From Amphiscolops sp. MND2022 (Eukaryota): a DNA stretch of 64,000 bases. Numbering within the stretch: the first letter of the stretch is position 1; every line of letters starts with the position of its first letter. A program made the translations under genes and the position numbers. Location of the stretch: the NCBI GenBank assembly GCA_964187785.1, contig OZ076409.1:14386001-14450000 (forward strand), given 5' to 3'. Shown here piece by piece: positions 38,601 to 47,319 of the stretch. The notes beneath the pieces are model-generated. The model was not told the DNA's origin and did no database searches. It saw only the letters and a program-made list of their open reading frames with translations.

Positions 38601-41600
38601 ACACTGGAGAGCCTGATCCCATGCTTGAAGGGATGCCACCCGAATGCCAAAGACAAGCCCACGCCCTTAGAACAATCGGGACGGAGCTGCACGAACACTT
38701 TCTGACTAGACGTGGCCTCAAGGACCTGCACCTAGCACAAAATAGGGATGTACACCTCCTAGCGCTGAAGAAACTCATGAACGGCGAACCACTGGAAGAC
38801 ACAATGTTCCCCGAAGACGTACAGGACTTCGCGCGACGCTACTTCCATCAAAAAAAAGACCTCCTCTTCCTGAACCCAGACGACATCCTCTGTGTCAACT
38901 ATGTTCCGCAACAACGTGCGCTGCACGTGCGACCGTGTATGATAGTCATGCCACAACTATATCAACACGAGATTCTGTATAGGGCACACGACGAATCGGG
39001 ACATCAAGGCGTAGGGAAGGTGCTAGCAAGAGTACAAGAGCGGCACACCTGGCCGGGCATCAAGCGTGACATAGTCAATCACATCAAGCACTGCTTAACT
39101 TGCCAACAAACAAAACACCCCGCCGGGAACCCCTGCTACCCCTTGCAGAACATCAACAGCAGCAACTTCAACGACTTAGTACAATTCGACCACCTCAAAC
39201 TATGCAAGACCGAATCGGGGAACACCGGTCTCTTGGTCATGATAGACCACTTCACGAAATTCGCCGAGGCTATCCCGTGTGCCCACGACGAATATGATGC
39301 TCAAACCACAGCTAAGATCATCCTTAATAAATGGTTTGCCAGGCACGGCACCCCAGCACGCATGCAATCCGACAATGCCACGAATTTCACAGCTGAAATC
39401 GCACAGGAGCTAATGAAAGCCTCGCAAGTCACTAAAGTGACATCCACTCCAGCGCATCCTCGAGGGAATGGACTCGTGGAAAGGCAGAACCGAACGTTAC
39501 TCACACTGCTCAGAGTCTACACTTCGCGACGAATGCAGGATTGGGATGAGCACATTGATGGAATCCTCGGTGCGTACAATTCAACTAGACACGCAACCAC
39601 GGGATTCTCTCCCTATATGCTCCAACACGGAGCCGAGAAATCCATTCCCTTGTCATTCATCTACCCAGAATTTGCTGCGCGAGGATTCGATTCCAAAGAA
39701 GAATTTGTAGAACATCTTCTAGCCAGACAACAAGAAATCCATGAACTTGTCAGAAGAAATACACACCAAGCACAGCTACGGCAGAAGCTGAAGTTTGACC
39801 GCCACCTGAAGGCCAAAGCGCACGCCGTAGGCGATGCGGTGTGGGTATTCTGCCATATCATACCCAAGGGTGGCACCCGCAAGCTGATTCGCGCATGGCG
39901 CGGACCCCACAAGGTGACTGACGTGTTACAAGACGGACGATTATATGTGTTAGACACAGGCCAAAAGGTCCATTACGAAAGATTAAAAAAGCACGTGCCT
40001 GCCCCTTGGGACTGGGCCGCACACCAGCCCTTTGGGCCGGATCAAAACGTAGCCATCATTGCTGATCCGTACGTAGAAGAAAGCAATGAAGAGATAGCGT
40101 CCGACATCTCCCAAGATTCTTTCCTACCGGAACAACTTCCGGAAGCATCCTTCGAAATGGAGCCAACAGGATCGATTCCACCTCGTACCATTCAGACTCG
40201 TACCCAAACGGCACTCGAGCAAGGAATACCCCGAAGAAGATTCAGCCACTTCGGATACCCCTCTAACTCAGATTCCGAAAGAGAGGAAAATGAGCCGCCG
40301 GTCCAGAGCCCACCACCGCCAGTAGTGTTCCCCGACTTGGACGACCTAGAACCACTATACTCCGACCAGGAGGAAATTCAGCCAGCCGTACCTACAAGTC
40401 TGATACCATCACCCTCAGGGACCTCAGCCCCCCTACTATCCAATCCGTCCCTAACGGACACCCTGAGTAACTTTCCCTTGTTTGGCCCCCAATTGGAGGA
40501 CCCAATCGACCCGATAGAAATTAAACCAAAGTCAGAAACTGAGAACGAAGAAGAGATAACCTATCGCAGTCCAAGCCATTGCTCAACACAACCCGATACC
40601 ACGAATCGCAGAGGACGGCCTCGAGGCCGACCACCAGGTCGAGGACGACCCCGCGCTATACCATCCAGTAGAACCACGACATCGTCGCGAACTCAAACCG
40701 CACGATCCAGAAGAGGCCCTAGGACAAGAATGAGCACTCGTGCACCCCCTCGAAAACTAGACCGAGCGATGACTCTACCAGAAATACCCGAAAGCCAACA
40801 ACCACCAGATGTCCAGGACTCAGAACCGAGACCACCATCGCGAACATCACGATATCAACTGCGAGCTAATAGAGCACCACGATATAAGTGTGGAACCTGT
40901 GGTTCCCGCAACTGTAGTTGCGTCAAGCATCTAACTCGCGATTCACCGGACAACCGATTGGCCCGGGGAGCGGTAGTCCCTGCCAGGGATCTCTTGATGG
41001 CCAGGACACATTATCACCCACAACATGAGATCTTAACCGTGCAAGCCCAGCGAGAAAAATTGGAGACACCCCCGCTAGTACACCATTTGATCATCACGGT
41101 GGAAAAAACTTTCACTAGTGTGGAGCGAGAAGTGATACCACCGCTGGAAGAAACACTCAAAGCAATGCACGCGACATCTCCCTCCGACTGCCCGACTTAC
41201 CGATTCAAAGAATGGACACCATCCCATCGAGGCGGTCTAGAATTCACCCTACATGCCATCATACCGCCTTTGCCACCCTCGATGACGTTCGGCGAGCTAG
41301 CGAAAGAGGATAGTAGCCCGGAGATGATTCGCTGTATCACTGCACACCAACTGTGGGAGAAATATCACATTGCCTCCCCGCCGGGAGACATATATCAGCC
41401 CACCAATGGATGGTGGCTACTTGTCACCTCTCTAGACGCAACGACATTGGTATCTCCCACAACTTTACTGATGTGCTTAGAAAGCTTGCGTACGGTAACC
41501 GAACCTGAGAACACGCTTTGTTTCCACATGGCCGATATTTATCGTGGCAAGTTCCTAAGCCAACATTGGCTACAATTAATAGCGGTCGTCTTCTGCCGAC

Positions 41601-42325
41601 AGGCGAAGATACACTTCTTGGATCGACAATTTTATACACCGGAAAAACCCGTCACAGTTAGCGAAGCACTCTCGATAGTACACGATTGGTCATCTACAAA
41701 CTTGGGAGATAGACCTCTACGCCGAACCGTCTGGGAAGACCGAAAGGCAATCTTGCAGCATTTGGCACCCCGACCCACCGATGATCAGAGCAAAACCACC
41801 GGCAAATGGCTCATAACCCAGCCCAAAACCAGACCGAATTACTTACCTTGGATAAGTTATGACAATACAGATATCCTGCAGGCACCTGGCACTGTGATAC
41901 TATGCTGCCCTGCGGATTTGCTCTCTTACTCTGCCACAATCCGTTACGTCATTCGCGAATACGGTCAAGAAAACATATTTCGTCTAAGACCGTCAGTTGG
42001 CACCGCAATTCGCTTAACCCGCTCGCCAACTGCACCCTGGAATAACGAAATCTTCCTTCTATGTACCAGAGCATCGAACAAGCATCCACTCTTACATGAA
42101 GTACTCCATGCGTGTTTGACAAATTTGATAACCCAGCTCCATCGAAACCACATTACCAGAATCCACTTGCCCATCTATGATCCTGAGCGATCGATGAACC
42201 TCCTTCCAGCCTGGTACGCCACACTACGCGACCACTTTGCAGACCACAACATTACAATAATTTTGCACGATCGCGTCTATGTCACGATAGCATCGATTAC
42301 CTCTGCCAATTTTGGCGGTAGTTAA
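32657..42325 (+). CDS. gag-pol: Gag-Pol polyprotein (~3222 aa): coiled coil, capsid-like Gag, two CCHC knuckles, pseudo-protease plus protease, dUTPase-like fold, RT, RNase H, integrase, AT-hooks, macrodomain-like C-terminus
   Basis: Single open frame, ATG in GCCATGG context. Knuckles CFNCGDPSHFVVDC and CINCGRTEHSASEC; PR MIDTGSG...FLLGRNFL; RT SPWAS, FCCDFRPLN, MPFGL, AYIDD; RH LDTDAS; IN HDESGH...CLTC, QFDH, SDNATNF, NGLVERQN, WRGPH. Confidence 0.97.
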   Translation: MEQRETNATMSDFHATNPFGRRAETTTEENECRLDSAIADIISEAMSDFVPSQEQNAEIAVATSQPNSSRASPDSTNLPDNTENTTQRNTWPPLEVTDYSLENWPNSNQGPTSEPSIVDTPNEQNGTPMTPRADPRTAEVERNPLGSQEMINSVGGNPFRSGYALPEAPAKTSNRPVENSKTDITENPLRYVFRTPPSVTPKINYANASRTSHTPDSQASADTNLDSTITKARKEMQTVREDFQSSLAQLAQVQTRLARENNEHEMRADMIMRDMDELRKGLLEMQAEGRQNQGRLEASMASLNDLIKQRETTADARMAEMSAIMRERDRQADERMKAMTNTMQRRDIDSNVRMTDLMMAMQDLTLGVKAIVSQAPAQQAQTAPRIPQKNQQTEMPSTSEAPQPHYRTVAQHTVEPPRPPKLVPPATYRRDLSKASKMAKVTHTESRDAGTDPMTDPPSFDQYARGTSTSGNFHSAADETNTRRTSYYTADSSAAFRPPARPQTFRDFVPRPVATSTQRKMTNKRNLEQGKGEHSDIEEMPSMTEETPDTPRTTQRQALAEAISTAMSKGLEPLLAAKESKNKPTKYRGTRDGNADGWMMLMKRHLEKAHPKATPLDKAWTIIEYLEHEARDYITNKSEAERDTDEKVFALLARRFGTGSSKIHIQQQFRTRNQNSEEDYMQYLDALEGLRSQGYPNEEVTVRRYEIMQRFIEGVRNFELKRNLALMYAPEQYVETPPTVEALRFTVQQYLRMRGSTRSDNYPMMPPPQQQANIQQPNQSPVAPAPAQKMQQQQPPQPAAYQQQPMPPAAYRQQPQRACFNCGDPSHFVVDCPLKDRARKPVQQQVNSCHTNPTGSWVCPSQPHGLNYDVFPASLPTQGTVAFCINCGRTEHSASECMASEQMNHEEQIRAAWYAPSPSRFDGLSQDDQVRVISVAEDGGPSRPVVVTCGEKQVLTTLEAPAPDCTETLISIHLLLSAEQKTRPTLTLSQLKEELCRNVNYTIAARPLPHFAREDETKLAPIQKVKTVSPVPVAINVDGVDMKFDAIVVLEGHFPQGLYLGRQELRCYNIGVQDAQGEARIDERASLVVAFGNTIQEPIPLYGMIDTGSGVSILSLKAYQKIASPHALSLLPYDIQLYAANGKTINTIGIAENVSFQLGGYTLRTNFIVIADHLGAEDFLLGRNFLRTYNVLVDLTAMRVTIRDTKAPRHFKPVHEVSDHEPSLVISTEKVVLGPYERKLVRAQVISQKHNEYLFRNVMIRPQGVYKRSPFVSEDTLTSVGDEGIVFIALRNTTPSENVTIQTKTVLGKAEPTNFVLLPVAADTATEIDKPLFEQVNKVYTEEWLNETSSEYSSFAQNFLSSTEISEEGLSESEKRAQTDPQLLKPIPGPDLSSILSSWGEGARDQLASVLSEYDDLFMKHKADIGRCKIAKHRIELEPEAIPHREGARRMSPDKAAKANQEVRNLLALGLIQPSYSPWASGIVMVKKKTGELRFCCDFRPLNDVTVKDAFPLPRIDESLSRIGNAKIFTSIDLAWAFWQIPLKKRDRRKTAFACELGLFEWRRMPFGLCNASATFQRSITRALQRIQQRHGSVVMAYIDDIVIATETIEDHIVRIKEVFECLREAGFKMRAEKCDFMRTETKYLGRVVSSEGIRPDPEAIVKIQEWMPPRNKEELQSFLGFANYYRDFVPFHAAKVQPLQELLKKSQHFHWEIKHQEAFDAVKEALANATALAAPNEDGRFVLDTDASAVAIAGILHQEQEHNGKTILRPIVFGSKSLTKTQLNYGAPKLEMYAVFYFIEKFHSYLAGREFTLRVDNQALSWLKTYSMDQAMIGRWIARLDQYNFKTIHRPRTQHRNVDGLSKRTNDYVHREKILEKLPEVSEGFNFMTKEDYEALPTVPYFDKHGRPIPNHPELPPEARAQLPLLYILGKRPKTSLQEPPVDDAPWYPQIQWEATPTTDEDHRPNHILSITTEVPPARLDTGEPDPMLEGMPPECQRQAHALRTIGTELHEHFLTRRGLKDLHLAQNRDVHLLALKKLMNGEPLEDTMFPEDVQDFARRYFHQKKDLLFLNPDDILCVNYVPQQRALHVRPCMIVMPQLYQHEILYRAHDESGHQGVGKVLARVQERHTWPGIKRDIVNHIKHCLTCQQTKHPAGNPCYPLQNINSSNFNDLVQFDHLKLCKTESGNTGLLVMIDHFTKFAEAIPCAHDEYDAQTTAKIILNKWFARHGTPARMQSDNATNFTAEIAQELMKASQVTKVTSTPAHPRGNGLVERQNRTLLTLLRVYTSRRMQDWDEHIDGILGAYNSTRHATTGFSPYMLQHGAEKSIPLSFIYPEFAARGFDSKEEFVEHLLARQQEIHELVRRNTHQAQLRQKLKFDRHLKAKAHAVGDAVWVFCHIIPKGGTRKLIRAWRGPHKVTDVLQDGRLYVLDTGQKVHYERLKKHVPAPWDWAAHQPFGPDQNVAIIADPYVEESNEEIASDISQDSFLPEQLPEASFEMEPTGSIPPRTIQTRTQTALEQGIPRRRFSHFGYPSNSDSEREENEPPVQSPPPPVVFPDLDDLEPLYSDQEEIQPAVPTSLIPSPSGTSAPLLSNPSLTDTLSNFPLFGPQLEDPIDPIEIKPKSETENEEEITYRSPSHCSTQPDTTNRRGRPRGRPPGRGRPRAIPSSRTTTSSRTQTARSRRGPRTRMSTRAPPRKLDRAMTLPEIPESQQPPDVQDSEPRPPSRTSRYQLRANRAPRYKCGTCGSRNCSCVKHLTRDSPDNRLARGAVVPARDLLMARTHYHPQHEILTVQAQREKLETPPLVHHLIITVEKTFTSVEREVIPPLEETLKAMHATSPSDCPTYRFKEWTPSHRGGLEFTLHAIIPPLPPSMTFGELAKEDSSPEMIRCITAHQLWEKYHIASPPGDIYQPTNGWWLLVTSLDATTLVSPTTLLMCLESLRTVTEPENTLCFHMADIYRGKFLSQHWLQLIAVVFCRQAKIHFLDRQFYTPEKPVTVSEALSIVHDWSSTNLGDRPLRRTVWEDRKAILQHLAPRPTDDQSKTTGKWLITQPKTRPNYLPWISYDNTDILQAPGTVILCCPADLLSYSATIRYVIREYGQENIFRLRPSVGTAIRLTRSPTAPWNNEIFLLCTRASNKHPLLHEVLHACLTNLITQLHRNHITRIHLPIYDPERSMNLLPAWYATLRDHFADHNITIILHDRVYVTIASITSANFGGS

Positions 42326-42656
42326 GAGCACGTCTCGCTCTCTAATTGGCAGATCAGGCCACTGGCCTTTTGCATTGCCTTTACTAAATTCGAAGCACCT
42401 TAAAATTTCAACAAAGCCGCGCCGATAAGCGCAAATTTTAGTCCTGACCACTGGAAACTTTTTAACCTTATGTTTGTGTGTTCGTCCTAAAAAGTTTAAC
42501 TGCCCACCCGTCTATGTGATGTCTTATCTCCAACTGTGACCTGTTTTTCAGTTTTGTCCTGTTGCCTCGCCTCTGCGCGGCCCCCCTACTTATCACGCCA
42601 AATCAGTCTTGCCATCACAATCTTCGGTGCTAAACATTCCTTTATCATCGTTTCCA

Positions 42657-45600
42657 ATGGACCCATCTGCGCGACACCGCCTGCCTGCACCCCAGAACGC
42701 TGCGCGTGCCCAACCATCCGCAAGGAACGACCCACCTGCAATGATGAGCGAAATAGATGGTCGAGTCGACCAACTAGCTCTTGTCCAAGACACTCTACTA
42801 AACGGAGCGACACCCACAATGATCACTGGCTTCGCCATGATCATCGCCCAAACCCAAGCTCAAGCAGAGTACCCTGATGTTAGCTTCACTATCACCAGCC
42901 GAGTCGGCCCGATAGAACGCTCTGCCACTTTTCGCGACGGTACCTGGCAAGGGTATGACTTGACCCACAGCCTCATAGATCCTCGCTCCCACGTAGTCTA
43001 TGGAGAGCCTACTAGGCCCCCCATGGACCAAGAACGATCACTCCGTATTTCACAATCAGCACTACAGACGTTACAGACGCAAACTACGACACCGTTACCC
43101 TCTCCGCACCCGGTGCAGTTCAGCTGCACACTGCCAATCATGCCACCCCCAGTGCTGACACCGCCCATGCCCCTGGCATCGGAAGGCATTCGATTACTGA
43201 CCACCCCATCTTCTACCTTCATGCCTCCTTCTACCTTTCAGGGGGGAGGGGTGCAAGTAGACAATACAACAAGTGCTACCCTGAGCGAAGAACAACCCAG
43301 GAGAACGGTAACGTTCAAGGACTCATATGAAGAATTAACTCAGACGTCCTCCAGAGCTGAATCACAAGTCTCGGAACCTCTACAAGCCTCAGAACCAGCC
43401 AGCCTAGTAGGCTTCCAAATGGACCCACAATTCCGAGAACGTCAGCGAGAACAACAAAAAGCTGAAAGTAAGGCAGCCAACACTGTGGTAGACCTCAGGG
43501 AGAAAATAAAAGCTGGAAAGCGAGCCAGAGAGGCGACCATGCAAGGTAAACAATCGAGCTCGACCAGTGTCCCGCAACCCTCGTCTGCCTCACCCACACA
43601 ACCAGAAACAAGGAGACCGAGAATAACACACGAACTCCTAACACATTCAGAAAAACGGCAGCTGGATATCACTGCACGCGACGCACTGCGTCTGCAGCGG
43701 GAAATACCAACCACAACGTCACCAGAAGACCCTCTACGACAGAAATTCGAGACCGCAACGGGAACTGGGGACCTCGCCACAAGGCAGAAAATAGAGAAAG
43801 CCACAGTGGGAGTACTCTACAATCGCCCCGTCAAGAAACCAGTGTTCACTCGAGACGGATGCCCCCCATGGTTCAACCGCATGCGAGCAGAATTGGAGAG
43901 AGTAAACTCAACATACATGCGTGTTCCTGACAACTTCCTCCGACAGCGCCCTGGCCGCTTCGACGAAGATCGCTTGCGAACTAAAAACTATGCGAGGGAC
44001 CCCATTACAATCCTACCCATGGGAAAGGACCTTTTGCAGAAAACCAGAATAGCCTTCTTCGTCGACTCGACGATGAAGTCTTCATTCAACTCCCACAATA
44101 CCCTCATGGATGTCAGAATAATGAACATGCCCTGTACAACACTGAACGAAATGGCAGAGGTGACCGACAAAGTATTCACCCAAGCGGGAACAGAGACCAT
44201 CCCATTACCTCCGTTGCTGGTATATTCGAATGTGATAGATCACCTAGCTCTGCGAGGGACCCTGGAATTTTTCCGACCAGACCACGAAAGGTTTACTGAG
44301 GGGTTCGTCACCGACGAAGTAACCAACTACGTGGAGACAATGGCGAATATTGCCCAAACTATGCGCAGAAGGAAAGCTGTCACTGGAACGGTATTTATGT
44401 CACCTCCAGGCTACGTGCACCTTCCCCGGACCCTTCAGCAATTCTTGTACCTAGTAATGGAGGCAGCGTACGCAAGAGATCTGGCTTTCTACATTGTGGC
44501 CCCCAATTTACGCATCAGCAATAATAGCTGGCGCCCTTGTGAAGCCTCATACCCAGCCTTCATTGCTGAAGTCTCAAAGGCCCTTCAATCATACGTCGGT
44601 TACCGCGGAAACTCCCAAATGGTAGTAGATGAAGCAACAGCATTCGACTACGGGATGGAAATGGCTCGTCGATCATTGAACGAGCGTGGAGACCGAATCG
44701 TGAATGATCCAAATGAAGGTGAGCGCAACAACCTGGTGGATAACCTCTGGTTTGAACGCCGGGACGAATCGACCATAGACGAGAAAACACATGAACCCAA
44801 GTTTCACAAGGAACTCACGAATCTAATGAAAGAAACCGAAACGATTCAAGGTGATAGAAAGAATTCCTCCATCTTCCCCATAGCACAAATATCATTGGAT
44901 GCTGAACCTGGGCAAAGATCACCCACATTAGCCATGCTGTTGATACTGGCTCAAGACATTGTACAGAAGAATATTCAAGAGCCGACACACACGTACCAAA
45001 CATGGCACGATCAACTACGAGAACCTCTGGGCCAAGTCGCGGACCGACTGGGCATAACATTTCCCGTATTTCTCCACAACATCTCTCCCTTCTGGCTTCC
45101 TTCCCTAGTACAGGCCGAGTACGGCCTGGATGAGCAGCGAATGCGACTTTACATGGAGGCCAGGGAAAGAGCGACCATTAGTGAAATACTAGCGTATATG
45201 ATGGCTGTGGGGTTGACCATGATGTACAGAGGACCGTCAGCCCTCATACAAAAGTTCGTGCTCAACAAGGGAGGCTCAGCCCTGTTCAGCTTCCTAGTCT
45301 TTTCGCAGAATCAAAGAAGTTGGATATCTGCGCTCATTGAAACTCTGGACCCAGCGGGTTCCTTGAAATTAAAAGCGCAACTGGACTTAAACATCCAAGC
45401 ACTTCTAGTGTGGATTTATTCCACCTGGGTCAATGTCTCAGGCGTTATGCACCCTCTGGATGAGTGCCCAGCTATTAACCGAGACCCCAATCAACTTCCT
45501 GGGTTCCTGTTCCCTACACAAGTTGCAACGTTGATGCTCGTGGAAACAGAGGACCTAATACCCCTCATTGCTCCGGTAGTCTGGCCTATCTTCGGCGCAG

Positions 45601-46751
45601 TTATGGCCCTGCGCTATCCAACGCAGGCCCTGCGAGTGGCAGCGGTGAGCCCATCCCTCTCGATTCTACACTTCGTGACCTCTGATGGGCCCCTTCAGGG
45701 TCCCACCTATCAATCAGTGATACACAGCTTTGCCAACTTGCGACCTCCCATGGCATACACCGTAATCAAAGACCGCCAACAAGTGGAGCACAACTATCTC
45801 ACCTTGATCAAGGCGAGAGCACGTAGCTCGCTCCCTTTGCCAATGGAAATACATCCGGTAGTTTGGCTACATACCCCCATTGATCCAAATAATGGAGCAG
45901 TGGCGACATTTGAAGGGTGGGACGTGCCAGTTGTCCTGCGTATCTTGAGAACAATTATCCAAAGATTGGGTGGTCGTCGAAAAGGAGAAGAACCTACTAG
46001 GTTATTGTATCCCTATGCGTGTGACACTTCCAGAATATATTGTACAAGAACAGAACCCCGCGAGCATACCGCCAGAATCTTGAATACCATTACATGTTGG
46101 GCTCAGCCAGAGCTCGTGGACCTCGCTATACACCAGACCTTCCAACAGCTGCCAACAACCATTCCAACAGTAGCAAAAGAACCAAGCAAGAAAGATTTGC
46201 CCGTGAACACTGACGTTCCCAGCAACCCGCGTATGGCACTAGAGATATTCGTGCGTCTGCATGGTCTCCAGCGAGAACGTACTCGAGCCGTGGGCGAAGA
46301 ATACGCTAGGGGAATACGAACGTTCAGGCAGCTGTTCACCCAATATGGCCATCAAGAATTAGCGGACGGCCTGCCGAACTTGGAATCAGTCGAAGCCATC
46401 CCAGGGATTAGCGATTTGAGCGAAGCTGCCTCTGGCAGCTCTCGCACCGTCTTTCCCACACCCCACATCAGTCAAGACTCCAATGAAATATTGGTGGAAG
46501 GGGTACAAGATGATGTGCCAGGCGTCATGCCACCATCAGAGGAACCTATGACTGACAATAACTTCACGTTCTCTGATGCCACTACTCCTGTAAGAGACGA
46601 AGTGGAGACCAATATCTCGAACATGGAGGCAGCGGACATAGAGTCAGAACTCAATAACTTGCTGACCATAGATGAAGAATATCAGAATACGGTGGATGCC
46701 TTGGGCAACACCTCAGTCCAAGAAGCCCCACAGAACCAACTGTTGGAATAA
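42657..46751 (+). CDS. ORF2 of the giant Gypsy element, ~1364 aa, unknown function; contains a degenerate SGNH-like domain; not a recognisable env
   Basis: Uninterrupted 4.1-kb sense ORF between pol and the 3' LTR. No N-terminal signal peptide or Cys-rich ectodomain. SGNH-like pattern at about 44046-44585. Confidence 0.9.
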   Translation: MDPSARHRLPAPQNAARAQPSARNDPPAMMSEIDGRVDQLALVQDTLLNGATPTMITGFAMIIAQTQAQAEYPDVSFTITSRVGPIERSATFRDGTWQGYDLTHSLIDPRSHVVYGEPTRPPMDQERSLRISQSALQTLQTQTTTPLPSPHPVQFSCTLPIMPPPVLTPPMPLASEGIRLLTTPSSTFMPPSTFQGGGVQVDNTTSATLSEEQPRRTVTFKDSYEELTQTSSRAESQVSEPLQASEPASLVGFQMDPQFRERQREQQKAESKAANTVVDLREKIKAGKRAREATMQGKQSSSTSVPQPSSASPTQPETRRPRITHELLTHSEKRQLDITARDALRLQREIPTTTSPEDPLRQKFETATGTGDLATRQKIEKATVGVLYNRPVKKPVFTRDGCPPWFNRMRAELERVNSTYMRVPDNFLRQRPGRFDEDRLRTKNYARDPITILPMGKDLLQKTRIAFFVDSTMKSSFNSHNTLMDVRIMNMPCTTLNEMAEVTDKVFTQAGTETIPLPPLLVYSNVIDHLALRGTLEFFRPDHERFTEGFVTDEVTNYVETMANIAQTMRRRKAVTGTVFMSPPGYVHLPRTLQQFLYLVMEAAYARDLAFYIVAPNLRISNNSWRPCEASYPAFIAEVSKALQSYVGYRGNSQMVVDEATAFDYGMEMARRSLNERGDRIVNDPNEGERNNLVDNLWFERRDESTIDEKTHEPKFHKELTNLMKETETIQGDRKNSSIFPIAQISLDAEPGQRSPTLAMLLILAQDIVQKNIQEPTHTYQTWHDQLREPLGQVADRLGITFPVFLHNISPFWLPSLVQAEYGLDEQRMRLYMEARERATISEILAYMMAVGLTMMYRGPSALIQKFVLNKGGSALFSFLVFSQNQRSWISALIETLDPAGSLKLKAQLDLNIQALLVWIYSTWVNVSGVMHPLDECPAINRDPNQLPGFLFPTQVATLMLVETEDLIPLIAPVVWPIFGAVMALRYPTQALRVAAVSPSLSILHFVTSDGPLQGPTYQSVIHSFANLRPPMAYTVIKDRQQVEHNYLTLIKARARSSLPLPMEIHPVVWLHTPIDPNNGAVATFEGWDVPVVLRILRTIIQRLGGRRKGEEPTRLLYPYACDTSRIYCTRTEPREHTARILNTITCWAQPELVDLAIHQTFQQLPTTIPTVAKEPSKKDLPVNTDVPSNPRMALEIFVRLHGLQRERTRAVGEEYARGIRTFRQLFTQYGHQELADGLPNLESVEAIPGISDLSEAASGSSRTVFPTPHISQDSNEILVEGVQDDVPGVMPPSEEPMTDNNFTFSDATTPVRDEVETNISNMEAADIESELNNLLTIDEEYQNTVDALGNTSVQEAPQNQLLE

Positions 46752-47311
46752 AGGAGTCCTCTGGACCCCCAAGACTGTTAGAACACAATTGAGCATAAAG
46801 GACCCTATCATCAATGTACTGATGCCAATTCTTGATTTTAGTTGTGCTACACCATCTTGCTGGTGCTGAAAACTTTCAGTGCAATAAACCTTAATTCCTG
46901 AGTTTTGTTTGATGTATATTTTACTTTGCTACCAATGCAACAATGCAATATAGCTACATCCCCTGGGTGGGTCCCGGTTCGGTGCCCTCCCGTTTTGATT
47001 TGAATTTGAAACTTCTACCAAGCCCAAAAGTTGTTGTTACTCACTTGGCCGCGCAGGGGCCCAATTTTAGAAAAAGAAATTTTAACTTGAACTGAGTAAT
47101 TAGTGAAAAAACCTTTTTTTTTAGAAAAAATCCGACTGTATAGTTTTTAACCTAAAAATCAGTGCTTTTTAAATTCGATGGCTTTAGGGTGCTAGACATG
47201 CAGTACTGAAGCGAACAACATAGCTTTGATGTAAGACCTTTTCTGTGAATCTCAGAGTACCCTTTGGGTGCGAGCATCCTCTCGTTTGCCGAGGACGACA
47301 AACTACGGCCC

Positions 47312-47319
47312 GGGGAGGA
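47312..47319 (+). promoter_or_regulatory. Polypurine tract of the giant Gypsy element
   Basis: GGGGAGGA abuts the 3' LTR. Confidence 0.75.

Noticed and set aside
32602..46669. Many short antisense and alternate-frame ORFs overlapping the two long ORFs
   Set aside because: Expected shadows of long, GC-richer coding sequence. No independent motifs.
42657..46751. ORF2 as an envelope glycoprotein
   Set aside because: No signal peptide, few cysteines, no furin site followed by a fusion peptide, and no clear C-terminal TM anchor.
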